Positions 39,671 through 51,879 of a stretch of DNA of 64,000 nt are shown in pieces. Origin of the DNA: Octopus vulgaris (lineage: Eukaryota); NCBI GenBank assembly GCA_951406725.2, contig OX597837.1, positions 46,500,001 through 46,564,000 of the forward strand, read 5' to 3'. Positions within the stretch are counted from its first letter, which is position 1; each line of letters starts with the position of its first letter. The notes under the pieces were generated by a model, which was not told where the DNA came from, searched no databases, and saw only the letters and a list, made by a program, of their open reading frames with translations. Made by a program: the position numbers and the translations under genes.

Positions 39671-39959
39671 AGACAGAGAAAGCGTTGACAGTTATTTCTA
39701 GCACGTCGAGTGACTGCATCGAGGTAACACTCCTATTTAGTCGTCTGCTAGTTTAACAGGAATCCACAAATAAGTTGCTGTCGAGATTTTTAAACATGAA
39801 GATTAAAATATATTCATAAATAGAATCGAAAAAGTAATAACGAAAAAAAGTTCGAGAATGAACATTTTGAAAATCTGGGAGATTCTTTTTTCTTTTTTTT
39901 TTTTTGCTGTTGTTGAAAATAAAGGAAAGTGAAGAAATTAAAACAAAACCTAACACAAG

Positions 39960-40662
39960 TGTGCATACCTACACAAGTATGCTCCACTTCGGCCTTGTTT
40001 CCTCAAAATTTTCAGAAAAATGGATATTTTTCAAGGAAATTTTCATCAAATACACTTCAGGTGGTGTAGATTCCGATTATATCGGAATCTGTAGTGAAAA
40101 AAAAACATTTTTCCGCGGGTGGGGAGAGAGGTTTCGGAAAATCCACCCGAGTCGACTTTGTTTCCTCACAACTTTCAGAAAAATTCTTTAATGAAATTTT
40201 CTACAAATGCTTTTGCAGAGTTTGCCTGTAGATTATGATTATATCGGAATTTAATGTGGAAAAACAGAATGGTGAACTCATACACAGACACACTGACACA
40301 CGTCAGATATCTCAGAAAATGAAAGTAGAAATTTCAAAAATAAGTTGTGATGCCTTTTTATTTATTTAATTTCGTATTAAATTCCGATAAAATCGTAATC
40401 TAGACACCCTGAAAAGTATTTGTAGAAAATAATAATTTACCTATTTTTCTGAAAGTTATGGAGAAACAAAGCCGATTCTGTATGAATTTTCCGAAACTTC
40501 TCTTCCGAGCTGCGGAAAATTCTTTTCACAACAAATTCCCATATAATCGGAATCTATTGTCATTTGAAGTATATTTGTAGAAAATGTCATTAAAAAATAC
40601 TCACTTTCCTGGAAGTTATGGGGAAAACAGAATCGGTGGGGCCCAATTGTGTAGGTCTGCCC
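39960..40662. mobile_element. DNA element with about 300-bp diverged inverted arms and internal subrepeats
   Basis: 39960-40262 aligns to the reverse complement of 40370-40662 (ACCTACACAA...TAGATTCCGATTATAT...GTTTCGGAAAAT). Confidence 0.6.
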
Positions 40663-41182
40663 ATAATTAATATGTCATGACTAGAATACCTTTAATCTGC
40701 CTTTTTATAGAATTAGAAATTATTTTGGGCGCCAGGAATTTCTTCAGATGTGGAAATTTTAAGCTTTTCGTAGATTACGTAACTTTTTTCTTTTCGTTTT
40801 GATATTTTTGAGAAAATGTTAGATCTTGTTAAATTTCTTACAACTACTTATAATTAAATGACTTTGAATGTTTGAACCTTCTTTATTATTAATTTCTAGA
40901 AGAAAAAAATGCGATTTTCGTCATCACCTGCAAAACATGGGTTATGAGAATAATCTGGGGGAAAATGGAAAGAGAATAAAAAAAAAAATCTGGAAAACAA
41001 TCATACTTTTTTATACGAATAAAATCATTATTTTTGATAACAAAGTTGTCGAAAGAAATCGAACAAGATCCAACATTTCTGCGGCGAAGAAATATCAATA
41101 ATATGACGAGAGTGGCACATCTACACAAGTGTGCCACCACCACGACTTTGTTTCCTCATAGCTTTTAGAAAATTTGAAATTT

Positions 41183-41583
41183 ATTTCTCTTTCACTCTTT
41201 ACTTGTTTCAGTCATTTGACTGTGGTCATGCTGGAGCACCGCCTTTAGTCGAGCAAATCGACCCCGGGACTTATTCTTTGTAAGCCCAGTACTTATTCTA
41301 TTGGTCTCTTTTGCCGAACCGCTAAGTTACGGGGACGTAAACACACCAGCATCGGTTGTCAAGCGATGTTGGGGGGACAAACACAGACACACACACGTAC
41401 GTATATATATATATATACATATATACGACGGGCTTCTTTCAGTTTCCGTCTACCAAATCCACTCACAAGGCTTTGGTCAGTCCGAGGGTATAGTAGAAAA
41501 CACTTGCTCAAGGTGCCACGCAGTGGGACTGAACCAGGAGCCATATGGTTGGTAAACAAGCTACTTACCACACAGCCACTCCT
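41183..41583 (-). mobile_element. SINE family A, full length
   Basis: Reverse complement of the 36068-36460 family; interrupts a DNA-element arm. Confidence 0.85.
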
Positions 41584-41705
41584 ACACCTTTCAGACGGAG
41601 TAAATTCCAATTATATCGAAATTTATTTTGAAAAATTAAAGATATTTCGCTAAACAATTGAATGGTTAGTAATTAGAAGCAGACAAAAAGTAATTCTTTA
41701 TTTAC

Positions 41706-41735
41706 CTGTCCAAACACCGAAGGAACTCCCGTCAT
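41706..41735 (-). CDS. Candidate 10-codon first coding exon (MTGVPSVFGQ) of an unidentified divergent gene
   Basis: Minus strand reads aaaATGACGGGAGTTCCTTCGGTGTTTGGACAG|gtaaat: good start context, phase-0 donor, about 320 nt downstream of a CCGGAAG motif. Confidence 0.45.
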
Positions 41736-41949
41736 TTTCTGTCACACCGTAAAAAAAAGGTAACCCAAGACTTCTTTGGTCCTTTCAATTCATATATATA
41801 GTTCTGTTTCCGATTATTATAATAATTATTATCACTGCTAATACTGCCAGTTCTCCATTTCTGTTCAGGTGAGGCGGAAAATAAAATAAATCCTGAATAA
41901 TGGGAAGAAATGTGGGAGAAACAGGATTCGAATTTAGCGCTGAATTGAA

Positions 41950-42430
41950 TGAAACCAGAGAAATAGAGAGAGGAAGAGGAGTCGGAGGGGAAAAGGAGGA
42001 GTGAGAGGAGAAAAAAGTGCCGGAGGAGGAGGAGGTCAACTTAATTGTTCTGCTTCCGGTTCGTAGCCCTACTTTTATGGTGGAGGTTACTCAACATGGT
42101 CTTTATTTAGCAAAGGCGGGTTACGAAATGGGGTGGAGAGGAAAATAGATTGCCTGCTTGGTTTCTGTCACTGCTGTTTATTCGTAGTTGGGGAATGTCA
42201 GGAATAGATACGGGTAGGAGGAAGGAGCTGAACAAAAAATAATGACAATTAAATAAAGAGATTGAAACATTAAGAGAAAGAATTAATGGGTGGATGAAAG
42301 AAGAAGTTTTAATAAATTTCGGTTGAGTTTCTGCCTTCCTTATTTCCGGCTATCTAAAAACAAAAGCAGTGTGAATGACCTACCGGAAGTTACATTTTTT
42401 TAGCACATCTTTTGGAAGCGAGAACTTTCT
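41950..42430. promoter_or_regulatory. CpG-containing promoter with oppositely oriented ETS-type CCGGAAG motifs
   Basis: CTTCCGGT near 42053-42060 and ACCGGAAGT near 42382-42390 in unique, CpG-retaining sequence. Confidence 0.5.
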
Positions 42431-42869
42431 TAAACTAAGTTGTGATGGCAATTTATTTTTCTATGGGAGCACAGAATGGAACCAAAACGAATGAATTGAT
42501 TTTTTGTTCAAAGCTCCCTTGCCTCTTCCCTGGAGGTTCTCTCTAGTTCTACTGTAGAACCGTTTGAGGCTTCTAATTTCAAATGTTGAACACATAACAG
42601 AGTGTATTTCGCCTTCCTTTCTAGCTCTGTTGTAGGGACAATGTTAGAGGTTTCTAGTCTCTAGTGTTAACTAAATGTCGTTGAGCACAGAAATCCTTTC
42701 TGTTTAACTCTGTTGGATGATAGTCTTTCTGTGTCTATGTTAAAGCCCTTTCATTCCATTTTAATATTCTTTGTATGAGTCGTTTTGGAGTGGTTATCCT
42801 TCTCATTTGTGGAGTCTTTAGTTTGATTGGTTTGTTTTCAGTTAGGACTCTCCTCAGCAAAAATGTGGA

Positions 42870-43615
42870 GTGTGCCAGTTATATATTCAATCCTTCCCTA
42901 CAGGTCATATGGTGGACTGTAGCAGTTATTTTCCCATAGATTGTACAGTGGATTGCAGCTGTTGTTTTTCCATTAAAATGTTGCTGTTTCAAAAAACATC
43001 TTGTCCTTGGATGTATGGGTTTTGTTAGATGGTCTGGCAATGTTCTGATAGTTAGTGCAAGGGTATGAATAGCCATTCTTCATTCGAACTTTTCTGGATT
43101 GTATGGTGTTGGTGTTTGTTCTTCCTGCCTTTCTACATTTACTGTGTATCTTGTGAATCACATTTCTAATGAAGGTCATCTTAGCTTTGATGGGTAAGGA
43201 TGAATTATAATGTACAAATAGGCCCCTGTATGCTGCTTCTCTGTAATTTTGAATTCAAAATCAATTAGAGATAAGCAGTTATCAAGGTGCTCCAATTCAA
43301 ATTTTATATGTTCATTGATACTGTTGAACATATTGTATATTTTATCAGTCTTTTCGTGTAATGATGTTAATATGGGGTTGTCATCCATACACCTGATGAA
43401 AAAGGTGCAGGACTGATAGGTGTTGAACACTGGTCCATATACATGATGGCTAGGAGGCCTGTCAAGTTTGACCCCAATCAGCAGTCCAGAGATTTGTTTG
43501 TAAATAGACCCTGGAAAGTGTTGACCATTATAGTAGATAATGGTTCATGGATATCTGGAGATGTGAGCCCAAAGGTTGTGAGAGGAGACAATGTCTTCGG
43601 TTAATAAATTGATAA
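42870..43615 (-). mobile_element. Penelope-like element RT/thumb remnant
   Basis: Frameshifted translation YKQISGLLIG...LLAIMYMD...FIRCMDD...FNSINEHIKFELEH..NCLSLIDF, matching PLE RT motifs 4-7. Confidence 0.8.
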
Positions 43616-43619
43616 CTGG

Positions 43620-43930
43620 AATTGCGTCAAAAAACATCTACAAAAATAGTTGCTCCACCTAAGGCATCCAATTTTCCATTGATGCTACAGAAAGAAACAT
43701 TGAGAACTTGAGACTAAAAGAAGCTCTTTTAATTAAGAAATATACACCACTTATTAATAATAGGTCAGAGTTGCACATGGCCAATTGTTTATAGTGACGC
43801 ATATCAAATACGCTTACACACAAGACACAGAAATCAGTGAATAACAACTTTCCTCCAAAATTTCCTGAGGAAGGGGTCCTGACCCTGAAATACTGAAATA
43901 CCATGTAAAACTATCAACCTGTTTATTTTT
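43620..43930 (+). mobile_element. Penelope-like element 3' end (GIY-YIG C-terminus plus tail), inverted relative to adjacent RT
   Basis: VKKHLQK...ATERNIENLRLKEALLIKKYTPLINNRSEL, followed by CTGAGGA-AGGG..CCCT-GAAA at 43865-43890. Confidence 0.75.
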
Positions 43931-44899
43931 ATAAATTACTGTAAAAAAACATGATTAAAATTTGATAATTTCCTATTGTTTAAATTTTTTATATCTGTAG
44001 ATACATTTTAACCTTTTGTTTAATACATGGTCTTCAGGGTCAAAGAGTGCCATAATATTTATATTTGCTCTAAACTGTTCTATGAGTAAATATTAAATTT
44101 GATGTTCTTTAATATAGAAGCTTTGTTGTTGGTTCAGAAACTGAAAGATCTATAATACTATTCTACTAATCACAAAATATGTTTGTTACACTTTAAACAA
44201 ACTTCACAATGGGATGAAATATTAAGTATCGTATTACAATTTTATTTAGTTCTATAGAATTTCCACAAGTCCTTCCAGCAGTTACTAATGATGTGATAGA
44301 CTGACATAAAATGGTTCATATATATGTATACACACACACAGAGTCATAAACACAGGTGTGGCTGTGTGGTAAGGAGTTTGCTTCACAACCACATAGTTCC
44401 GGGTTCAGTCCCACTGCATAGCACCTTGGGTAAGTGTCTTCTACCATTGCCCCAGGATGACCAAGGCCCTGTGAGTGGGTGTGTGTGTTTGTGTTTTGTT
44501 GTCCTGACATCACAGGATAATTGTAAAATGATTGTCGCCATCATACAAACAGTGTTGTTCATTTCCAATATTCTGCAAAAACATGTTTGGCCATGGGGAA
44601 ATATTACCTTGCTTGGAAAAAGATGAGGGTTGGTGACAGGAAGGGCATCCGGCTGTAAAGAATCTGTCTCAATAAACTTGCAGATGTTTGATGATAGCAA
44701 TTTACCCTCCTCACTTTTCAGTCTTCACACTAACAAGCTTTGGGAGAGACACTAACTTAGTGTACCACCAGCAAACAAAAGGTTAAAAAGTAAATTTCAC
44801 CACAGCAAGCTGTAAATTCAAATACTGGAGAATGAAATTTTAAGATTTTCAAATATGAAACTATTGAAAGACATGAGTTTTTAATTAAATATTGTTGAG

Positions 44900-45342
44900 A
44901 CCATAACCCGTGGCCTTTACCTGGGATGTAGCCAGTCCACTTATGCATACCTTTCCTCCTTGTGACACAAAACTCTGCTTGCGAAGACCTGTTGAGTCAA
45001 GCAAAATCAAAATCGATCAAAAAATCAATTGAAATTGTAGTTGTGATACCAGTGCCAGTGGCACGTAAAAGAACCATCCGAACGTGGCCGTTGCCAGCGC
45101 CACCTCAATTGGCGGTGGCACGTAAAAAGCACCAACCGATCGTGGCCGTTGCCAGCCTCCCCTGGCCCCTGTGCCGGTGGTACGTAAAAAGCACCCACTA
45201 CACTCATGGAGTGGTTGGCGTTAGGAAGGGCATCCAGCTGTAGAAACACTGCCAGATCGGACAGGAGCCTGGTGCAGCCTCCTGGCTTCCCAGACCCCGG
45301 TTGAACTGTCCAACCCGAGCTAGCATGGAAAACAGACGTTAA

Positions 45343-45398
<56 letters not shown>

Positions 45399-45473
45399 GG
45401 TGGTGGTGGTGGTGGTGATGATGGTGATGATGATGATGATGGTGATGATGGTGATGGTGATGATGATGATGAT
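44900..45473 (+). mobile_element. Repeat family B with expanded (GAT)/(GGT) tail
   Basis: Three units plus core; 130-bp trinucleotide tail. Confidence 0.8.
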
Positions 45474-46294
45474 TGTTGCTGCTGCTATTCTTTGTGTTTC
45501 TGTTTTTGTTTTCTGCAACTATTTCCATGGTTCACATTTTTCATACTTTCTAAGTTTTCTTTGTATTTTGTTTCCATGTCTTTGAAAATATTGCTATTAT
45601 TATTATTATTTCTATTATATTCTTTTATAGATTTCAATAAAAAATTAATGTAGATGCTTAGCTAAACAAAGATACCTTAGCTCAGTATATCAAACATTTC
45701 CTCCACCACCTCTCCCTCCACCAGCCCATCTCTGACCACCACCACTGATGTTATCTCTATCAAACATCAAATGACCCTGTACATGCTCACTCATCCTGCT
45801 AGAAATAGTGGCTAAATTTCTCTTAATTTGCATCCTAGCCTCTTTAAAAAACGGAAGGACATATTGGTGTCATAAGCATACAAAAAAAAAAACCCAGTCA
45901 TTACAAATGGAATACTTTTGATCACTGGCTTGCTTGATCAGAGACGACCTGGGGTTTAACAGCACCACCACCAACATCTACAGTCATTGCTATGTTTATA
46001 TGATTTGAAAAAATCAATAGAAACATAGATGAGTAATGAGAGAAAAGAAGTGTTTGAAATTCTGTTGGTTTAAAGGAAATGTAAGACAATGGCAGTTGAT
46101 ATGAAGCTGTGTATTGATGAAGTTCAGAGATGAGACGAGGTGAGATGATATTTTTGGAGTAATAAAGTTATTGGACCATCAACTGCTACAGTTGCTGTTG
46201 AGTTTTGTTTTCACTCTTCTGCTTGTTTGTATCTACTTTGTTTTTTAATTATTTGCACCGGTATTTTCATTATGTGTGTGTGTGTGTGTGTATG

Positions 46295-46339
<45 letters not shown>

Positions 46340-46386
46340 ATGTACATATATATATATATGTGTGTGTGTGTATGTACATATATATA

Positions 46387-46431
<45 letters not shown>

Positions 46432-46545
46432 TGTAGCCTGGTGCAGCCTGCTGGCTTCCTATATCCCGGTCGAACCCTCCAACCCATGCTAGCATAGAAA
46501 ACGGACGTTAAACGACGATGATAATGATGATATATATATATATAT

Positions 46546-46654
<109 letters not shown>

Positions 46655-47244
46655 AAGGTAGGTAGGGAGGGAGGGAGGGAGGCAGGCAAGCAAGCAGACA
46701 GATATTCAAACTTAACAATGAGAACAACACAGAAAGCCAAGTAGAAACAAAATATACTTCTTATTAGTTTGATACTCAATGAGTGTTAGAAAGCAGGAGT
46801 GTCTTTGAGGCTTTGAATGCAAGTTCTTCTTCAGAAAGTTGGATGGTACCATAAAGGCAATGTGACAGGTTTGGAAAGACTAGAAGAAAGTGGGTAGCAA
46901 GGTGCTATACCAGGCAGCTGAAAGAGAAGCTAGATGACAGGTGTTTTTAGCAAGGGGAGAAGCAAAAAGTAAGAGGCTTTCAGGTATTCTATGATAGGAG
47001 GATGAAACACATGAGGAATTTCAAATTGCAAGACAATGTACCAAAAAGAACTGAGAATGCGCTGAGGTGTGAATGAGAAATGTGTGTGGATAAATAATAG
47101 CACACCTGCAATTAGTGCTTCTGGAAAGAAAGAAATATGGAAATATTACTATGGAAGGGTATAAAATATGGATAATGTTAAGGAGAAAGAGGGTTTTCAC
47201 AGTGTCAACCAAGCAGTGGGACATTCTCATAAACAAAGGTATAA

Positions 47245-48090
47245 TCATCATCATCAGCATTATCATCATTTAACGTCCATTGTCCATGCTAGCATGGGTT
47301 GGATGGTGTGGCCAGAGCTGGTAAGCCAGGGGGCTGCACCACATTCCAGTCTGATTTGGCATGGCTTCTATAGCTGGATGCCCTTCCTAATGCTAACCAC
47401 ATTACAGAGTGTGCTGGATGCTTTTACATGGCACTGCATGGGCGCTTTTACATGATGCCACATGGGCACTTCTACATGTTGCCACATGGGCGCCTTTACA
47501 TGTTGCCACACTGATGCTTTTATGTGGCACCGCAACGAGTGCTTTACACCACCATATGGATCAGTATAAAACACTTCTGCTACGGTGTGTGGGTCTTCTT
47601 GAGTATGGCCAGGCCCCAGCTATCTTGGTCCTTTGTCATCACACCTGAAAGTTCAGTGTTCTGAGGTCGTTCTTCAGAACTTCATCCCATGTCTTCCTGG
47701 GTCTCCCACTCCCATATGTTCTATCCTCTTTGAGAGATCAGCATTTCTTTATGGAACTGTCAGCATCCATCCACATCACATGACCAAACCAGCGCAGTCA
47801 CCTCTCTTGCATACAGCAACAAATTCCTCTTATGCCTACCTTAGCTCTCAGAGCAGTGGCACTCTGTTGAACAAGTACACTGACATTACGCATCCAGCAG
47901 AGCATACTAGCATCATTCCTTTCTAATCTTTGAGAGAGAAACCTTTTGTGGCCAACAGAAGCAACAAGCTCTCTGAATTTCCTCCATTCTATTCTTATTC
48001 TTGCTATTACTCTTTCCACGCATCCTCCCCACAACTAATTTGGTCCCTTAGGTAGCAGAAATTATCTACTAACTCTAACGAGCCACCAGG
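47245..48090 (-). mobile_element. RTE-clade LINE 3' segment ending in family-B tail
   Basis: PGGSLELVDNFCYL...RIRIEWRKFREL...RLERNDASMLCWMRNVS, continuing into a family-B-like tail and (TGA)n. Confidence 0.8.
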
Positions 48091-48094
48091 GAAA

Positions 48095-48872
48095 ATAATA
48101 GATAAAGTAATTACAAATATAAAGTCAGGAAAAGCCCCTGTTCTAGGAATTACTACAGAGATGCTTAAAATATATCCAGAGGAATAGAAATCAAGCTAGT
48201 CGTGAATATAGTCAATCAGGTTGCCCAGGAAGGTGTCATACCCAAGATTGGCATAGCAGCATCATAGTCAACTGTTACAAGATTAAAGAAGATATCTTAG
48301 AGAAACATAATTACAAAGGTATCAAATTAATGAACTTGGTCATGTAAGTTACAGGAAAAGTTATAGCTCAATTGAATAGAAAGAGAGTTAGTCTAGTTGA
48401 GTCTGTGCCAGGAACAAGTAGCATTGATGCCATCTTACATGTGAGATGAACTTAGCTATGAGTAAGAAAAAGTTTCTAAAATTTGTTGGCCTAAAGAAAG
48501 CCTTTGTAATCTGGTGGTCACTGTGGAAACTAGGAGTAGGTGAATGGCTTGTGAGAGTCATACAAGCCATGCATAGAGATGCTGCCAGCAAAGTGAGAGT
48601 TAGCAACTAGCGACAAATTCAGTGTGCAGGAAGATGTCCTCTAGGGCTTGGTTCTAAGTTACTTTGTACTTATAGTCCGACAGGCCATAACAGAGGAGTT
48701 TAAGAATGAATGCCCATGGGAATTCCTATATGCTGATGACCTTGTTGAATTTGTAGTTAAGATTAAAATGGGAATTCCAGGAGTGGAAGCAAAATCTGGA
48801 ATCAAAAGGCTTCAAAGTTAACTTATCAAAGACTAAGGTATTAATAAGAAAGATATGTAGAAAAGGAATAGG
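48095..48872 (+). mobile_element. RTE-clade LINE RT segment, inverted relative to the 3' segment
   Basis: KSGKAP..ITTEMLK...NYKGIKLM...LKKAF...CPWEFLYADDL...VNLSKTKVL. Confidence 0.8.
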
Positions 48873-48874
48873 TA

Positions 48875-49162
48875 TAGGGGTTGGACAAAATAATGGAAAC
48901 ACCTAGCATCATAGCATTGTAATTTTGAAATATCAATAAAACTTGTATATTGTGTGTTATGAGAGTTTATGGAAAGGTGTCCCATAGAGACTCAACAAGT
49001 AGGTTAAAAACCGGAGAAGAGAAGATGTTAAGATTTAAAAGAATTTTAAAGAATTTAAAAATTCCTTAAAATTTTAACATCTTCTCTTCTCCGTTTTTTT
49101 AACATACTTGTTGAGTCTCTATGGGACACCTTTCCATAAACTCTCATAACACACATTATACA
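48875..49162 (+). mobile_element. Tc1-like left end continuing into a 219-bp palindrome
   Basis: TA-TAGGGGTTGGACAAAATAATGGAAACAC is a Tc1-type TIR; 48944-49162 is a near-perfect foldback. Confidence 0.6.
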
Positions 49163-49946
49163 TGTAATAATTTCATATTCGCATAAATCTTATGCCAGTA
49201 AACTACCAGCAAAATATGAAGAATCTTTGTTAGAAATTGCCCTTTGAAACCCTCCAAAGTAAAGAATGAAATAATTCAATCTCTCCACATACACACACAC
49301 ACACACACACATGTGTTTGTGTGTATTTATATATTATACAGAGATGGACATAAAAAGATATTGTAATTTTATTTCATGGTACAGGAAAGTATAGATTCAA
49401 TAAAAAATATTTGATTAAATGCAATAAAAATGGGGTTTTATTGATATTCGAGTAATTGTTTAATCAGGCTTCTTTCGTGTCCTCATTTCACACATCATGG
49501 AACACAAAGTTGCAAATTTCATGAAAAAGCATAGTTAGAGATTAACTTTAATACATTCATATAGTAACTCCAGCTATCTTTCTTGTTATTTATGCCCCCC
49601 CCCCCATCCACCCTCGTCTTAATCCTGATGAAATGGATCTATGATCAAATGATTCTTCTTGTATTATAATCATCACCACCATCATCATATATAAATATCA
49701 TCATCATCATCGTCGTCGTCGTCCGTTCTCCATGCTAGCATGGGTTATACATATAGAAGAAGAACATTTATAACAATGAACAAGTCACAGTTATAACTAA
49801 GAGGGTTTCAAAATGCTTACATGTTAAAAATAGCAGCCAAAATGGCTATGAAGCCATTTTATCACTCATATTATTTCTCTTCACAATAAAAACTGTCTGC
49901 GGGCAACATGACAAATAGAATCCACAATTTAAAAATAACTAGTTAA

Positions 49947-50008
49947 TTCCCTATCGAAATTTCGATGTTAGGGACATCTTAAGGGACCCATTTGTCTCAT
50001 CAGGGGAA
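49947..50008 (-). ncRNA. Type I hammerhead ribozyme motif (PLE-type)
   Basis: TTCCC-CTGATGA-GA...TC-GAAA-T-TTCG-A-TA-GGGAA: 5-bp stem I, intact core, 2-bp stem III with UUCG loop, AUA triplet. Confidence 0.7.
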
Positions 50009-50083
50009 ATATTCCTATAGATAGATAGAAATCAAAACAGGACTTTACCTTGGGGCTAACATGTATCCCAACCGGCAAGAGAA

Positions 50084-50484
50084 ATGTTTCAACCTCTCTT
50101 TAAGATTGCCCTGTTTGGCGAAGTCTCCACCGGCCACTGTGCGAGAGGAGCTCCGAGGAAGTGCTACAAAGACTGCCTCAAGAAGTCTCTAACAGCATGT
50201 CATATTGGCCACCAGTGCTGGTCAGACCTGGCTGTGGACCGTGATGTCTGGCACCACACGATCTTCAATGCAGTCAGCAAGTTTGAGGAACAAAGAAGCG
50301 ACGCACTTAAAGACAAGAGATGCAGGAGGAAGGCGCAAGCCGCCTCTGGCACCACACCGGATGTTACCTTCATCTGTGGACACTGCTCATGGACCTGCCT
50401 TTCCCATATCGGACTTGTCAGTCATGAGCGTGCATGCACGCAATGTGGACAGCCTTCCTGATCTTCGTTCACGAAGCCGAGCCA

Positions 50485-50485
<1 letters not shown>
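50084..50485 (+). mobile_element. RTE-like LINE 3' end with C-terminal C2H2 finger
   Basis: LFGEVSTG..RGAPRKCYKDCLK...W..LAVDR..W...FICGHCSWTCLSHIGLVSHERAC, ending at (TA)n. Confidence 0.8.
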
Positions 50486-50528
<43 letters not shown>

Positions 50529-51111
50529 TCATCATCGTTTAACGTCCGTTCTCCATGCTAGCATGGGTTGGATGGTTCGACTTGGGATCTGGGAAGCCAG
50601 AAGGCTGCACCAGGCTCCAGTCTGATCTGACAGTGTTTCTACAGCTGGATGCCTTTCCTAATGCCAACCACTCTGAGAGTGTAGTGGGTGCTTTTTACAT
50701 GCCACCAGCACAGGTGCCAGGGTAGGCTGGCAACAGCCACGATCAGTTGGTGCTTTTTACATGCCACCGGCACAGAGGCCAGTCAATGAGGCGCTGGCAT
50801 CGGCCATGTTCGGATGGTGCTTTTTACGATATATATATATATATTACTGAACATTTCAACTACATGTATTTATTGCGCTACTAATAGTTTCCCGTACATG
50901 CATATGTTCATCATCTTAAATTTGCATACTGTTTTTTTTATATTTTCAAATTGCAGTGAGGATAACAGAACATTAAATTTAGTCATTTATCACTGAGTCC
51001 GCAAACATAGTTGTATATCTCTCAATTGTAGAGGGGGTCACACAGTTACACAGCTAAAAAAAAAAACATTTATATAACATATTATACACAAGTCAATGAC
51101 AATCACTTTCC

Positions 51112-51316
51112 CAGAGTTTCTCCAACCTAAGGTCTGGCAAAAATTGGTGGGTGCTAAAACTCATTCCAGTGGGTGCTAGGAATCTGTAAGAAACAAATTC
51201 AAATTAAATTTTATTTGTTCATGAATACCAGTGTGGGCAATTTAAGGAGAGGTGATAGCTGAGTCAACTTGTTATTGTAGTGAGTGCTGGGCAAACTAAA
51301 AGTTGTGGAACACTGT
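51112..51316. mobile_element. Old hAT MITE
   Basis: CAGAGTTTCTCCAAC...GTTGTGGAACACTG termini with GGGTGCT subterminal repeats. Confidence 0.5.
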
Positions 51317-51879
51317 TTTATGTAGGTGCTAAACATGAGAGATAGTAATTAGATTTCATCTCAGATCACTACAGCTATTCCAAACATGTTTTTGTTTATT
51401 AATGAACAAACCAATTACATCATGTAAAAAAAAGTAGTTTTTTTTTTAGGTGAATTAAAAAATAAACCTTAACTTTTAAAATTTCTCACCCAAATAGTAT
51501 AGGAAGCATATTGACTTCCTCATCTTGGTGCCAGTTGAGAGAGTAAGTTGGGGAATAATGTTAAATATACATGGCAATAAACCTGTCAACATCTCTAGAG
51601 CATGGATAAAGAGCAGGAAAAAGGAACTCACATCTCAGTTAAAGGGGTCCCCCCACCCCCCGGGGAGTGAAACCGATTCCAGATAAAGAAACAGGGTGGC
51701 TAATTAATTATCAATATGCCATTAAAGAAGGCAAGAGAAAAAAGGGAAGATAGATAATATAAAATAAAATTGACATAGGATCATCATTATAAGGGAATGG
51801 TAAAAAAAAAAGAAAATTCAGTTCAATGGAATGGAAATTAAGAAAACAAAATTAATGGTAACTAATAACAAACGATACA

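Noticed and set aside
39195-39756. Pro/Ser-rich and Gly/Glu-rich ORFs on both strands
   Set aside because: Products of the polypurine minisatellite.
45025-45585. Poly-His and poly-Met ORFs
   Set aside because: Expanded (GAT)/(GGT) retroposon tail.
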